Positions 19,216 through 29,455 of a stretch of DNA of 64,000 nt are shown here, one piece after another. A model generated the notes under the pieces. It did no database searches. It saw only the letters and a list, made by a program, of their open reading frames with translations, and had not been told where the DNA came from. Made by a program: the position numbers and the translations under genes. Each line of letters starts with the position of its first letter. The first letter of the stretch is position 1. Origin of the DNA: Acidobacteriota bacterium (GTDB lineage: Bacteria > Acidobacteriota > UBA6911); the NCBI GenBank assembly GCA_016934295.1, contig JAFGTD010000019.1, forward strand, positions 10,950 to 74,949, in the 5' to 3' direction.

Positions 19216-20303
19216 GGTAGTTTCAACCTGGTAATGTCGGTTCTTTTTGGATTATCCAAAGGATTTTTTGGAAAAAATTGACGCATTAGAAGCCTGCATG
19301 CAGCGAGTCCGATTCCGGCTAAAATGGAAAAGCTGCAGGTCAGAACAACAATGAAAAATGCCAGCACCGTGGAGCCGAGGATGCTGACGGGAATTCCCCA
19401 GACCGTGGCGGGCTTGGAATTTTTATCGTAAATCCACTGGACGGTGTAGCTGTATTGAATGGGATTCAGGATAACGTTTGCGGTGTCGGGACTGAAAGAA
19501 CCTTCAAGAACGCACAGCAGGGGGCCGATTCTACGGAAGTACGATCTTGCCTCTTTTTCATAGGAGGGCGCTGTCCTGGAAAGTTCGCTGAAATATTCCT
19601 CTGCAATCTGGTGCGTAGGGAATTTCAACAGGGAAAGAGTGCCCGACTGATTTTTAATGAAAAAACGAGCGCGGGCTATTTCCATATCGGAGAGAACTTG
19701 AATGATGCTCTCTGAAGTTTCCTTCCCGAAGGATTCAAAAGGCTTGGATCCTGGGAAATATTGAATGGTTGAAATATCCAGGCCGTGTTCGGGAAAAAGC
19801 GAAATCAAGGAGGGAAGCTTCTTTTCGGGTGGGCCTATCCGATTGCTGACCGACCCGGCTACGCGCCGGATTAGCGCATCGGAGATTCCGTGTCCCAGGA
19901 TGCGAACCCATCTCCGCCCGTGGCAAAAGAGTAACCGTCCGGGGGCGGAGACGAATGCGTCTCCGGGAGGGCCTTCTTGAATGTCGGACGTCCTGAGAAG
20001 GGTCAGAAGCGAGTAGGCCGCGCGGGTATCCAGAAGAGACAACACTTCTATGGAAAGTGTTCTTGAATTTTTCACATTATATATGCGTTGTTTATAGCTG
20101 TCGAAGCCAACGTCCGCGATCAGTTTTCCGTTTTCAATGTCAACTAATCCGCCCGGATCGGTAATACGGTTTTCAGACGCAATGCTCTGTAATTCCTCGA
20201 ACTCGAATTCCGCAGGGAAATAATTGTCGGCAACAAGTTCAATTTGTGCGATCGCGGGTATGGTCGCAAGGCATATGGTAAAGAGGAGAGTAAGGGTTTT
20301 CAT
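19212..20303 (-). CDS. Hypothetical exported protein (signal peptide plus C-terminal TM anchor)
   Basis: N-terminal signal MKTLTLLFTICLATIPAIA and a C-terminal hydrophobic segment. No family is recognised. Translationally coupled (ATGA overlaps) to both amiC upstream and crp downstream. Confidence 0.6.
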   Translation of the reverse strand: MKTLTLLFTICLATIPAIAQIELVADNYFPAEFEFEELQSIASENRITDPGGLVDIENGKLIADVGFDSYKQRIYNVKNSRTLSIEVLSLLDTRAAYSLLTLLRTSDIQEGPPGDAFVSAPGRLLFCHGRRWVRILGHGISDALIRRVAGSVSNRIGPPEKKLPSLISLFPEHGLDISTIQYFPGSKPFESFGKETSESIIQVLSDMEIARARFFIKNQSGTLSLLKFPTHQIAEEYFSELSRTAPSYEKEARSYFRRIGPLLCVLEGSFSPDTANVILNPIQYSYTVQWIYDKNSKPATVWGIPVSILGSTVLAFFIVVLTCSFSILAGIGLAACRLLMRQFFPKNPLDNPKRTDITRLKLP

Positions 20304-22234
20304 TTATTTTGGATTGTCCGGTACGCGATAGGATAGCTTCCCAGCTTCTTCATGTAACCTTCAATCCCGGAAAACAGCGCGTCAGCCAGTTGATCACGAT
20401 TTTTCTCTTTATTCAGAAGTTTTTCATCGGTCGGGTTGCTGATAAAAGCCACTTCCGTCAGAACCGATGGCATATTGGCCCCGATCAGCACTACAAAAGG
20501 CGCTCGTCGAACACCGCGATTACGGGTGGATGAAAAGATCGTTCGGGCTTTCTGGTAGAGGCTTTTTTGGATCACCGAGGCGAGTTCCTTCGATTCGGTG
20601 GATTTATCTGCCCGGGTGATCTGTTTGACCAGGTTTTCAAGATCGCTGATGCTGTTGCCGGCACCTGCATTTTCACGGGCGGCCACTTCGCGTTCCGAGT
20701 CCGTTTCTGCGAAATCAAGATAGTATGTTTCCACGCCGCTGATGGATCGATGGCGGCTTGAATTGGCATGGATCGAAATAAATAGATCCGCTCGATGCTG
20801 ATTGGCTATCTCCGTGCGCTTTTCAAGGGAAACGAAGATATCCTTATCCCGCGTAAGGATTACTTCCGCCCCGAGTTTCTGCTCCAGCATTTTTTTAAGC
20901 TTAAAGGCCAGAGAAAGGACCAGGTCTTTTTCAAGTAATCCCCCGGGGCCTACTGTGCCGAGGTCGTGCCCTCCGTGTCCCGGATCGAGAACAATGCGTC
21001 CGATTTTCAATCCAAGCATGCGCGTAAGGGTTTGTTTGCCGTGGCTTGTCGGTTCCGCGGCCCGTGGAGTATCGGGAAGGTCTTTCAGGATCAGTTCGGA
21101 AAGCAGGACTTTTTTCCCGCTGAGCGGTTGTGTTTCTTTATTTTCAGAGGCGGCTTTAGAGGGCTTCTCTCGAGAAGTCTCCTTGGAATCCATGCCCTGC
21201 CTGGAAGGGAACTCCCTCTCGGATGGTTTGGAGGTTTCCGGCGATATCGATGTCGCCGGTTTCGGTTTTGTGGTTTTGGCCTGTTCCCCCGGGTGGTTAT
21301 GCAGGTCGATCACTATCCTGGGAGGGTTCTGAAGATTGAATACCGAGTAGGCTTTGAAATTGGAAAAATCAAGCACTATTCGAACCGTGTCCGGGCTGTA
21401 CTGTGCAATCCTTACCTGTTTAATGAATTTATCCTGTATGAAGAAGGTGCGATTATGCAAGCCATCCTTTAAGGTTGCGTCGGTAATATCAAAGTACATG
21501 CGTTTGGGATTGTGAAGAAGCGCTTTTTCATAGCGGGCGTCTGAATCCATATCGATGACCAGACGCGTATAATCTCTGGACGACCAGTGACGAATATTGC
21601 GTATCGTCGTCTTTTTCCCCTTTCGGCTGTTCTCCTTCTGCTTTTCAGCCGACTTCTGTTCAGGGATCTTTTTGGGTGAGGCCGTGGAATCGGTTTTAGT
21701 AAGTTGTATCTTTGTATAGCCGTATTGAGTTTTGAGGATCCGGTACGCTTCCTGCGCCTTGGTTGTATCGTTCAGTTTATTAGCGCAAATGTCTCCGATC
21801 CGCAACAGGGCGTCCGAACAGTTATTGTTTCCGCCGTAATCCGATACAAGAAAATTAAAACGCTTTACCGCCAGGTGATAATACTCCTGCCTGTCAAACA
21901 GATCCCCCATTTTCTGATATAGAAGTCCTTCGCAATAAACAGCATCCGCGGAGCTGGGGTGATGGGGATCCCTGGTATATACCGACCGGTAGGTTCTGGC
22001 ACAATGCAGATATTCGGAAACGGAAGCAGCATCCCGCTGCTTTAATGCATCGTATTCTTTTTCTGCTTCCGCAAATGCATGCTGTGCACCTGCAGTATCC
22101 CATTGACCGGCCTCAACCGCAAAAACGGAAATAATAGTGAAGAGGATGAGGCAGGCCGGTGCGCTCTTGTTGCCGGATCCGCATCTGCCGTGATTCATGC
22201 GTCGAATCATAAAGGTATCGAAATTTAAAGTCAA
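20300..22234 (-). CDS. amiC: N-acetylmuramoyl-L-alanine amidase (AmiC-like: TPR-like N-terminus, AMIN domain, Amidase_3 domain)
   Basis: Amidase_3 motifs VLDPGHGGHD and DLFISIHANS. An AMIN-like segment (TRLVIDMDSDARYE...RIVLDF) is also present. The exact start (M1, M9 or M13) is uncertain. Confidence 0.85.
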   Translation of the reverse strand: MTLNFDTFMIRRMNHGRCGSGNKSAPACLILFTIISVFAVEAGQWDTAGAQHAFAEAEKEYDALKQRDAASVSEYLHCARTYRSVYTRDPHHPSSADAVYCEGLLYQKMGDLFDRQEYYHLAVKRFNFLVSDYGGNNNCSDALLRIGDICANKLNDTTKAQEAYRILKTQYGYTKIQLTKTDSTASPKKIPEQKSAEKQKENSRKGKKTTIRNIRHWSSRDYTRLVIDMDSDARYEKALLHNPKRMYFDITDATLKDGLHNRTFFIQDKFIKQVRIAQYSPDTVRIVLDFSNFKAYSVFNLQNPPRIVIDLHNHPGEQAKTTKPKPATSISPETSKPSEREFPSRQGMDSKETSREKPSKAASENKETQPLSGKKVLLSELILKDLPDTPRAAEPTSHGKQTLTRMLGLKIGRIVLDPGHGGHDLGTVGPGGLLEKDLVLSLAFKLKKMLEQKLGAEVILTRDKDIFVSLEKRTEIANQHRADLFISIHANSSRHRSISGVETYYLDFAETDSEREVAARENAGAGNSISDLENLVKQITRADKSTESKELASVIQKSLYQKARTIFSSTRNRGVRRAPFVVLIGANMPSVLTEVAFISNPTDEKLLNKEKNRDQLADALFSGIEGYMKKLGSYPIAYRTIQNK

Positions 22235-22420
22235 GGTTATATTGATAGAACTTATTGATAATTAAGGTGTTTGCGGTTTGCCTCCACTGTCATACTATTG
22301 TTTATTTACTGTATAATGAAGAATGACTCCGGTCGTTTGAAAAGGAAGGCACTTTATTTATAAAACATATTAATCGGCTAAACAGACTGTTTTTTTTACC
22401 GGACATACACATCGCCGGAA

Positions 22421-23143
22421 TTAACGAGTCGGGGGAATGTTGGTTAAATGCAGCACTCCCTTGGCATCGACATACCGATATGTCGTGGATGCGGCAAGGG
22501 TTTCCTGTCCCTGCGCGTTTCCCCGTCTCTCTCTGTATCGGCGTGTCACGGACCGGACATAATGAATCGTTTCTTTATACCCGGGAACCCTGCCCAGACG
22601 CCGGACAAGGTTTTCTCCCGCGTTGTAGGCAGCAAGACTCAAATCCAGATTATTGTTGAATGTATTCATCAGGGAACGAAAATGTCGCACCCCGGCTTGG
22701 ATGTTCTGCTCCGGATCAAAGCTGTTTTTCACGCCTAACCGCTCGGCTGTTGCGGGCATCAACTGCATAAGCCCACGAGCCCCCTTGGAGGAAACAGCAT
22801 TGGGATTGAAGCCCGATTCCGTGGCAATTATTGAATGTATTAATGAAGGATCCAAATCATAATAATTGGCATATTTATGGATTATCGAATCGAATTGGTT
22901 GGAGTCGGACTTGGGTTTTTCGGTGGGGGTATGTGAATATTGAGCTCCATATTGAGTTTTGGCGGTAAGGTGTGATACAGACTCTCCGGGGCCGGGCGGT
23001 ATATTGGTAAAAACCTGAGCGCCGTTTTCGTCAAGGTAGGAGTAGAATTCCTCTCCTTTTGAGACCTGCCCCGCGGCCGGGATCATTATGGATAACAAAA
23101 AGAATGGTATAACGTTTTTTAGCTGCATCGGGTGTTTTGTCAA
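22421..23143 (-). CDS. Lytic transglycosylase (SLT catalytic domain with DUF4124-like termini)
   Basis: SLT motif ESGFNPNAVSSKGARGLMQLMPATA. N- and C-terminal segments share the repeated motif ...GVLHLTNIPP / ...AQVFTNIPP. Confidence 0.85.
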   Translation of the reverse strand: MTKHPMQLKNVIPFFLLSIMIPAAGQVSKGEEFYSYLDENGAQVFTNIPPGPGESVSHLTAKTQYGAQYSHTPTEKPKSDSNQFDSIIHKYANYYDLDPSLIHSIIATESGFNPNAVSSKGARGLMQLMPATAERLGVKNSFDPEQNIQAGVRHFRSLMNTFNNNLDLSLAAYNAGENLVRRLGRVPGYKETIHYVRSVTRRYRERRGNAQGQETLAASTTYRYVDAKGVLHLTNIPPTR

Positions 23144-23250
23144 TTAGTGCCGGGAAAAAGCCTCCGAACCGGAATGGAGACAGGGCCAAAAGAGGTGCCT
23201 ATGGCGATATTCAACAGTTTTCCGGTATTCATAGACAGTTTTTATATTCC

Positions 23251-25911
23251 TCAACATTCACCACTCATAAATTCTTCAACAACTGAGTAGCCGTATTCGA
23301 TTGCATCGGCCAATTTTGTGGAATCTTTACCCCCAGCTTCCGCCAATTCAGGTTTTCCGCCCCCGCCGCCGTTAACCAGGTGGGCGATTTTTTTAATGAT
23401 TCGACCGGCCGGTACCTTCTTGCTGATATCTCCAGTTACCATAACAACCAAGGCGGCTTTCCCCTCCTGATCGGTCCCGAGGATGACAATTCCGGAGCCA
23501 ATTTTCTGTTTCAACTCGTCGGCAAGGTTTCTGAGTCCCGCTCGGTCAATGGATGGAACCTGGGCGGACAAAACCCTGATTCCATGAATTTGTCTGGCGG
23601 ATTCCAGCATATCCGTAATATTGGCTCGGGCGGACCGGGCTTTTAGTTCCAGGTTCTGACGCTGCAACTCCCGGATGTTGCCCTGCAGTTTGGTGATAAA
23701 GGCATCGATTTCATGTCTGGATACCTTATGGTCCGTATGAAGACCATCAAGAATCCGTTCGCTGGAGCGAAACCGTTCGAAAGCAGCCGGGCCTGTTAAA
23801 GCCTCGATACGCCGAATTCCGGCGGAAATTCCCCCTTCGCTTATTATTTTGAAAAGTCCTATGGATCCGGTCGCGGTCACATGGGTTCCGCCGCAAAGTT
23901 CCTTGCTGAAACCCGGCACCTCGACAACGCGGACATTCTCCTGGTATTTTTCGCCGAAGAGTGCGACGGCGCCCGATTTCATGGCGCTGTTTAAATCCAT
24001 GGTTGTTGTTACGACGTCTGTATTCTTCCAGATGCATTCATTTACATAATCCTCAATTTTTCGAATTTCAGCCATGGTCAGCGGAGCATAGTGAACGAAG
24101 TCAAACCTGAGACGATCGGGAGAGACCAGGGAACCGGCCTGCTTTACGTGGTCTCCAAGAACTTTGCGCAATGCCGCCTGGAGAAGGTGTGTCGCCGTGT
24201 GGTTTTTCATGGTGCGATACCGGTTATCAAGGTCTACAATAGCGTCCACCTCATCGCCTGACTGCAGGCTCCCCTTTTCCAACTCCACATGATGGGCGAT
24301 AGCCGTACCTTGATAGGCGGTATTGTCGACACGGGCGCTGCCTTCGCTTTTAACCAGATATCCGGTATCGCCGACCTGGCCGCCGGCTTCGGCGTAGAAA
24401 GGGGTCGCATCAAGTATCAGTTCGCCTTTCTTGCCGGCTTCGATACGGTCCGTACGGTTTCCATCCACGATGATCGCGCGGACGGTGGCTTTCACCGGAC
24501 CTGAAATTCCGTAACCTACAAAGCTGGTTTTACCGTCAAAAAAGGATTGGGCGACCTGTTCATTAACTTTGCCCGATAAATAATCCCGGCGGGAACGTTC
24601 CTGTTGTTTTTCTAAAGCCTTTGTGAATCCGGCCTCATCGACGACGAGGCCGTTTTCCATGGCGAGATCTTCAATGATTTCAATCGGCAGTCCCCGGGTA
24701 TCGTATAAAAAGAACGCTTCTTCTCCCGGCAGTGTGCGAGAGCCCATAGCTTTAATGTTTTTTGCACGGTCATTGAAATCTTTCAAACCCTCTCCCAAAG
24801 TACCGGCAAAGGAATCCTCCTCCTGCTTGATGACCCGTGCAATGGTATCTCTGCTTTGAACGAGTTCCGGGTATGCGGCTTTCATTGTTTCGACAACAGT
24901 GCCTGAAATGCGGTACAGGAAGGGATCTTCGATACCCAGTCGTTTTCCGTGGACGATGGCCCGCCTCATAATCTTCCGAAGGACATATCCGCGCTTGTCA
25001 TTTCCGGGGTACTGGCCGTCTCCAATCACGAAAGTGGCGGCCCGAACATGATCCGCAATGATTTTCATCGAAACGTCGTCGCTCGGATCGCTCCCGTATT
25101 TGATATCGGATATTTCAGACACCGCGTTGATCAAAGGAATAAAGAGATCGGTGTCGTAAGTTGTAGTTTTATTCTGCAGTATCGTCGTTATGCGTTCAAA
25201 TCCCATTCCCGTGTCGATCGATGGCGCGGGCAGGGGATTCATCTTGCCTTCGGGATCCCGGTTATACTGCATGAAAACCAGGTTCCACACCTCAACCCAG
25301 CGGCCGCAGGAACATGTCAGGTCGCATTCTCCGTGATCCTTGAGCGGGCTTCGTCCCAGGTCATAATGGAGTTCGGAACAGGGACCGCAGGGGCCGGTAT
25401 CTCCCATTGCCCAGAAATTGTCCGCCTCGCCGAGTCGTAAAATTTTCTCCGCTGGAATCCTTTCCTGTGTATGCCAGATATTAAAAGCATCATCGTCTTT
25501 TTTATAGACCGTCACCCAGAGACGTTTGGAATCCAGATTAAACACTTTTGTAAGGAGTTCCCATGCAAAGTGGATTGCATCTTTCTTGAAATAATCTCCG
25601 AAGGAGAAATTGCCCAACATTTCAAAAAAGGTATGATGCCGGCTGGAGTGCCCGACATCCTTAAAATCGTTGTGTTTTCCACTGACTCGCATGCATTTCT
25701 GGCTGGTTGCGGCCCGATTATAGGGAGCCGTCTGATTGCCGAGGAAAATGTTCTTGAATTGATTCATTCCGGCATTTGTAAAAAGCAGAGTCGGATCGTT
25801 AAAGGGAATCAGTGAAGAGCTGGGTGCAACGGTATGGGCTTTTTGCTCAAAATAATTTAAAAAGGATTGGCGTATCGTATTGCTGCTGGTCAATTCAGTC
25901 TCCCGTTTCAA
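23251..25911 (-). CDS. alaS: Alanine--tRNA ligase
   Basis: 886 aa with a class II core, an editing domain (HTATHLL) and a C-terminal DHHA1-like GGGGKPELA motif. Confidence 0.95.
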   Translation of the reverse strand: MKRETELTSSNTIRQSFLNYFEQKAHTVAPSSSLIPFNDPTLLFTNAGMNQFKNIFLGNQTAPYNRAATSQKCMRVSGKHNDFKDVGHSSRHHTFFEMLGNFSFGDYFKKDAIHFAWELLTKVFNLDSKRLWVTVYKKDDDAFNIWHTQERIPAEKILRLGEADNFWAMGDTGPCGPCSELHYDLGRSPLKDHGECDLTCSCGRWVEVWNLVFMQYNRDPEGKMNPLPAPSIDTGMGFERITTILQNKTTTYDTDLFIPLINAVSEISDIKYGSDPSDDVSMKIIADHVRAATFVIGDGQYPGNDKRGYVLRKIMRRAIVHGKRLGIEDPFLYRISGTVVETMKAAYPELVQSRDTIARVIKQEEDSFAGTLGEGLKDFNDRAKNIKAMGSRTLPGEEAFFLYDTRGLPIEIIEDLAMENGLVVDEAGFTKALEKQQERSRRDYLSGKVNEQVAQSFFDGKTSFVGYGISGPVKATVRAIIVDGNRTDRIEAGKKGELILDATPFYAEAGGQVGDTGYLVKSEGSARVDNTAYQGTAIAHHVELEKGSLQSGDEVDAIVDLDNRYRTMKNHTATHLLQAALRKVLGDHVKQAGSLVSPDRLRFDFVHYAPLTMAEIRKIEDYVNECIWKNTDVVTTTMDLNSAMKSGAVALFGEKYQENVRVVEVPGFSKELCGGTHVTATGSIGLFKIISEGGISAGIRRIEALTGPAAFERFRSSERILDGLHTDHKVSRHEIDAFITKLQGNIRELQRQNLELKARSARANITDMLESARQIHGIRVLSAQVPSIDRAGLRNLADELKQKIGSGIVILGTDQEGKAALVVMVTGDISKKVPAGRIIKKIAHLVNGGGGGKPELAEAGGKDSTKLADAIEYGYSVVEEFMSGEC

Positions 25912-26392
25912 AATAACGCATCAATTCTGAGGGAAGCATATTTTTCAATACGCTGATGATGCTGTTCCGATGATAGCCTCGACGGCGCAGATGGGAAACG
26001 AGATTCCGTGCGCTGTTCAAATCCTCGGGCATTCCCTTTTTCCCGAAATATTTTTTTAAATAATCTGCCAGAGCGTAGTGATCGCCTACCAGCGAACGAA
26101 TTTGATCGAGCGCCGTGGCTATGTTTGAATCCGAAACCTGGCGGTTATAGAGAGCCCTGCGAATTTTTTCGGGGCCCCATCCTTCCCGACCGATGCGGTA
26201 AAATGCAAAATTATACGCGTAATCGAGGTCGTTGAGAAGCTTCAGTTGTTCGAGGCGGTCCAGGACAATTTCCACCATCGGCTCATCCGCAATTTTTAGA
26301 AGCTTTTGGCGGATTTCACCCCGACTGTAAGCGCGCCGGGAAAGAAGCGCCACTGCTTTTTTCTGAAGCTTTTTTTCCAACTCTGAGTCCAC
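25895..26392 (-). CDS. recX: Regulatory protein RecX
   Basis: 165-aa helical repeat protein with a RecX-like sequence (LLSRRAYSRGEIRQKL...). It lies immediately upstream of alaS and overlaps it by 17 nt, matching the conserved recX-alaS linkage. Confidence 0.75.
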   Translation of the reverse strand: MDSELEKKLQKKAVALLSRRAYSRGEIRQKLLKIADEPMVEIVLDRLEQLKLLNDLDYAYNFAFYRIGREGWGPEKIRRALYNRQVSDSNIATALDQIRSLVGDHYALADYLKKYFGKKGMPEDLNSARNLVSHLRRRGYHRNSIISVLKNMLPSELMRYFETGD

Positions 26393-26508
26393 CGGGATTC
26401 CCTGGTCCGTTACAAATAAGCTTTTGCTGCTTTATGGGTCGCGGCACAGGATTACGGGGCAGGCGAATGCATTTTTTGATTGTCGGACCAGCCGGGTATT
26501 TGGAGCGG

Positions 26509-27627
26509 CTATTTGATCATTTCCTGCTCCATCGATTCAATCGCCGCGTCCTTCGTTGTGTAAATACCCTGAACCCGCAGCTTGAACTCCTCGGGATTGG
26601 TCGAATAATTAAGCGCATCTTCAAGGGTTATACGTTCCGCCTGGTAATGCTCGTAAATCGACTGATCGAAAGTCTGCATGCCGTATTCGGATGTGCCGGC
26701 CGCTATTGCCTCCCGGAACAGTTTTACTTTTTCAGGATCCAGGATGCAGCTACGGATATACTCCGTCGTGCGCATAATTTCAATAGCCGGGATACGTCCG
26801 GCAGAGTCCGATCTTCTTATAAGACGCATGGAGACAACGGCCCGAAGCACCATGGCGAGCTGAAGTCGTATCTGGCGTTGTTGATGGTTGGGAAATACAG
26901 TTGTAATTCGATTGATGGTTTCGACCGCATCCATCGTGTGAAGGGTACTGAAAACAAGGTGGCCGGTTTCCGCCGCAAGCAGAGCGGTTTCTATTGTTTC
27001 CAAATCGCGCATTTCTCCGACCAGAATAACGTCGGGATCCTGCCGGAGAGAACTTCGCAGGGAGGAAGCGAAATCGATGGCATCCACGCTGATTTCGCGT
27101 TGGCTTATCAGGCTCATACGATCGGTGTGAAGAAACTCTATAGGATCTTCGATAGTAATGATGTGGCGCATCATGTTCTTGTTTATATAATCCAGCATTG
27201 AGGCGATGGTTGTCGATTTTCCGGAGCCGGTTGTTCCTGTAACCAGGATCAGTCCCCTGGGTTCTCGCGCTATTTTTTCTACCACTTTCGGCAGATATAA
27301 TTCGTCGAATCCCATTATATTGCTGGGGATGGCACGGATTGCGAGCGAGACATTTCCACGCTGCTGGAAAATATTCATTCGGAATCTGCCAAGGCCGCGA
27401 ACTCCATACCCGACGTCCACTTCACTGGCGTCTCGGAACCGTTCCTTCTGCCTGTTGTTCATGACGGAGAACGCCATCATGAGGCATTCTTCTTTCTCCA
27501 GCTTTCCCTGGTCCCCCAGAGGAACCAGTTCGCCATTGAGACGGATATGAGGAAGGCATCCAACTTTCAGGTGCATATCGGATGCGCCTTTGTTGACCAT
27601 AGTGCGAAGCAGCGTATCAAGATTCAT
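26509..27627 (-). CDS. pilT: Type IV pilus retraction ATPase PilT
   Basis: Walker A LVTGTTGSGKSTT, Asp and His boxes, and the PilT-specific GMQTFDQ motif. Confidence 0.88.
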   Translation of the reverse strand: MNLDTLLRTMVNKGASDMHLKVGCLPHIRLNGELVPLGDQGKLEKEECLMMAFSVMNNRQKERFRDASEVDVGYGVRGLGRFRMNIFQQRGNVSLAIRAIPSNIMGFDELYLPKVVEKIAREPRGLILVTGTTGSGKSTTIASMLDYINKNMMRHIITIEDPIEFLHTDRMSLISQREISVDAIDFASSLRSSLRQDPDVILVGEMRDLETIETALLAAETGHLVFSTLHTMDAVETINRITTVFPNHQQRQIRLQLAMVLRAVVSMRLIRRSDSAGRIPAIEIMRTTEYIRSCILDPEKVKLFREAIAAGTSEYGMQTFDQSIYEHYQAERITLEDALNYSTNPEEFKLRVQGIYTTKDAAIESMEQEMIK

Positions 27628-28054
27628 GGGGATTCCTGTTATGCGCCGTCAGAAAGAGGGAGGGTATCGGATTGAAAAACAGGCGGATGAATAAACCGTT
27701 TACTGTTGGTCAATCGGATATCGGTCGTACTTTTGACCTCCGTGTAATTCTTAACGGAGCCGAAAAAATATTTAAACTGTAAAACATGGATCCGGGCCAA
27801 ATGCCGGCTCCAGCCCGTGTCAATTTGCCTCCGTGCCGGTTCTTGTTCTCACGTTTTCATCAGAGAAGGTAGGGCTATATAAACAGCCTCAAAGAACAAA
27901 CACGCCATCGTTGTAGGTATCGGCTTTTAAAGAGCTAAACGATAGTTTCAGATTTGAGAAAATCTATCGGTGCAGATGATTGGGAAGCCGGATTTTATGC
28001 CTGGAGGTCTTTCACCTTGACTGCCAAAATCCATTTCCGTAAGATTCCTACCCT

Positions 28055-28483
28055 ATGAAAATGCAGCAGGAGCGAAAAGCTCCCATGGAAAATCAACCGG
28101 GAAGTACCGCAGAAATCTCACGTAAGACCATTAGCGTTTGTGTGGCCGGGGCTTTAATACCTGGATTGGGTCATGCCATTTTAGGAAAATGGGACCGCGC
28201 TCTCGTTTTTCTGGGAAGCATCGCGTGTTTGTTTGCGCTGGGACTATATTTGCAGGGCAGATTGTTCAATCCGGAATTTCATACCATAACGGCGATGCTG
28301 AAATTCATTGCAAATGCCGGTTCCGGATTGTTTTACTGGATCGCCCTGCTGAGCGGTCTTGGTGAGGGCGATTCCACTGCATACACCTACGACTATGCAA
28401 ACGTGTTTCTCTATGTTGCCGGGCTTTTAAATATGCTGGTTGTTGTGGACGTTTTTGACATTGCAATGGGCAGGAAGAGATGA
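28055..28483 (+). CDS. Hypothetical integral membrane protein
   Basis: 142 aa with 3-4 predicted TM helices. No family is recognised by eye. Confidence 0.5.
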   Translation: MKMQQERKAPMENQPGSTAEISRKTISVCVAGALIPGLGHAILGKWDRALVFLGSIACLFALGLYLQGRLFNPEFHTITAMLKFIANAGSGLFYWIALLSGLGEGDSTAYTYDYANVFLYVAGLLNMLVVVDVFDIAMGRKR

Positions 28484-28653
28484 AAAATCATTTTGTTCTG
28501 ATGCTGATCTTCAGTATTTGTACATCGCTGGTCCTTTCCTTTATTGCAAAAAAAAGCGGTCGTGAGCGCACAAAATATTTTTTATCTCTGCTGTGTGCGT
28601 TTATTGTTATATCGATACTGGCAAGCTGGCTGATGTTCCCCTTCCCGTTTTAA
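28480..28653 (+). CDS. Small hypothetical membrane protein (57 aa), not in the ORF track
   Basis: ATG overlaps the upstream stop (ATGA). It encodes MKNHFVLMLIFSICTSLVLSFIAKKSGRERTKYFLSLLCAFIVISILASWLMFPFPF, which has two hydrophobic helices. Coordinates are within about 1 nt. Confidence 0.4.
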   Translation: MKNHFVLMLIFSICTSLVLSFIAKKSGRERTKYFLSLLCAFIVISILASWLMFPFPF

Positions 28654-28711
28654 GGAAACCGTCGCAATAGCCGGCCTGATAACCGTCAATTCAACGTTTT
28701 AGAAGAAATAA

Positions 28712-29455
28712 ATGAGTTTTCAAGGACGCACAGCCATTATTTCAGGAGGCACCCGTGGAATCGGACGCGCCATCAGTCTGAAACTGGCTGAACGCGGCTG
28801 CAACATTGCCTTTAACTATGCCCGGAGCCGGGAATTGGCCGCGAATCTCGTTTCAGAGATATCCGCGATGGGATGTGGCGCTCTTGCCTTTGAATTGAAC
28901 GTCGCGGATCATTCGGCGGTCATGGATATGGTAAAGGACGTGAAAGAAAAGTTCGGCTCAATAGACTATCTCGTCAACAATGCCGGGATTGTCCGGGATA
29001 CCCTGCTGCTGCGAATGAAAGAGAAGGACTGGGATGATGTTATCGATATAAACCTGAAGGGTGCCTTCAATGTATCGAAGGCTGTTTCTCCGATAATGCT
29101 GAAAGCCCGGTCCGGGTCCATTCTGAATATCACCTCGGTAAGCGGGCTGCACGGTATGAGTGGACAGGTGAACTATTCCGCCTCCAAAGCCGGAATGGTC
29201 GGGTTAACGAAAGCCCTGGCCAAAGAATGCGCCGGCCGGAATATCAGGGTGAATGCCCTGGCTTTGGGATTCGTTGAAACCGCTATGACATGCAATTTTT
29301 CAGAATACTACAAATTGCAGATTTTAAAGAATATCCCTCTCGGAAGGTTCGGTAAAGCGGAGGAAATTGCAACCATAGCGGCATTCCTTCTTTCGGACGA
29401 TGCAGGCTATATAACGGGACAGGTTATTCAGGTGGACGGCGGATTGGCGATATAA
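28712..29455 (+). CDS. fabG: 3-oxoacyl-[acyl-carrier-protein] reductase (SDR family)
   Basis: Cofactor motif GGTRGIGRAI, NNAG, and the catalytic S...YSASKAG triad in a 247-aa product. Confidence 0.88.
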   Translation: MSFQGRTAIISGGTRGIGRAISLKLAERGCNIAFNYARSRELAANLVSEISAMGCGALAFELNVADHSAVMDMVKDVKEKFGSIDYLVNNAGIVRDTLLLRMKEKDWDDVIDINLKGAFNVSKAVSPIMLKARSGSILNITSVSGLHGMSGQVNYSASKAGMVGLTKALAKECAGRNIRVNALALGFVETAMTCNFSEYYKLQILKNIPLGRFGKAEEIATIAAFLLSDDAGYITGQVIQVDGGLAI

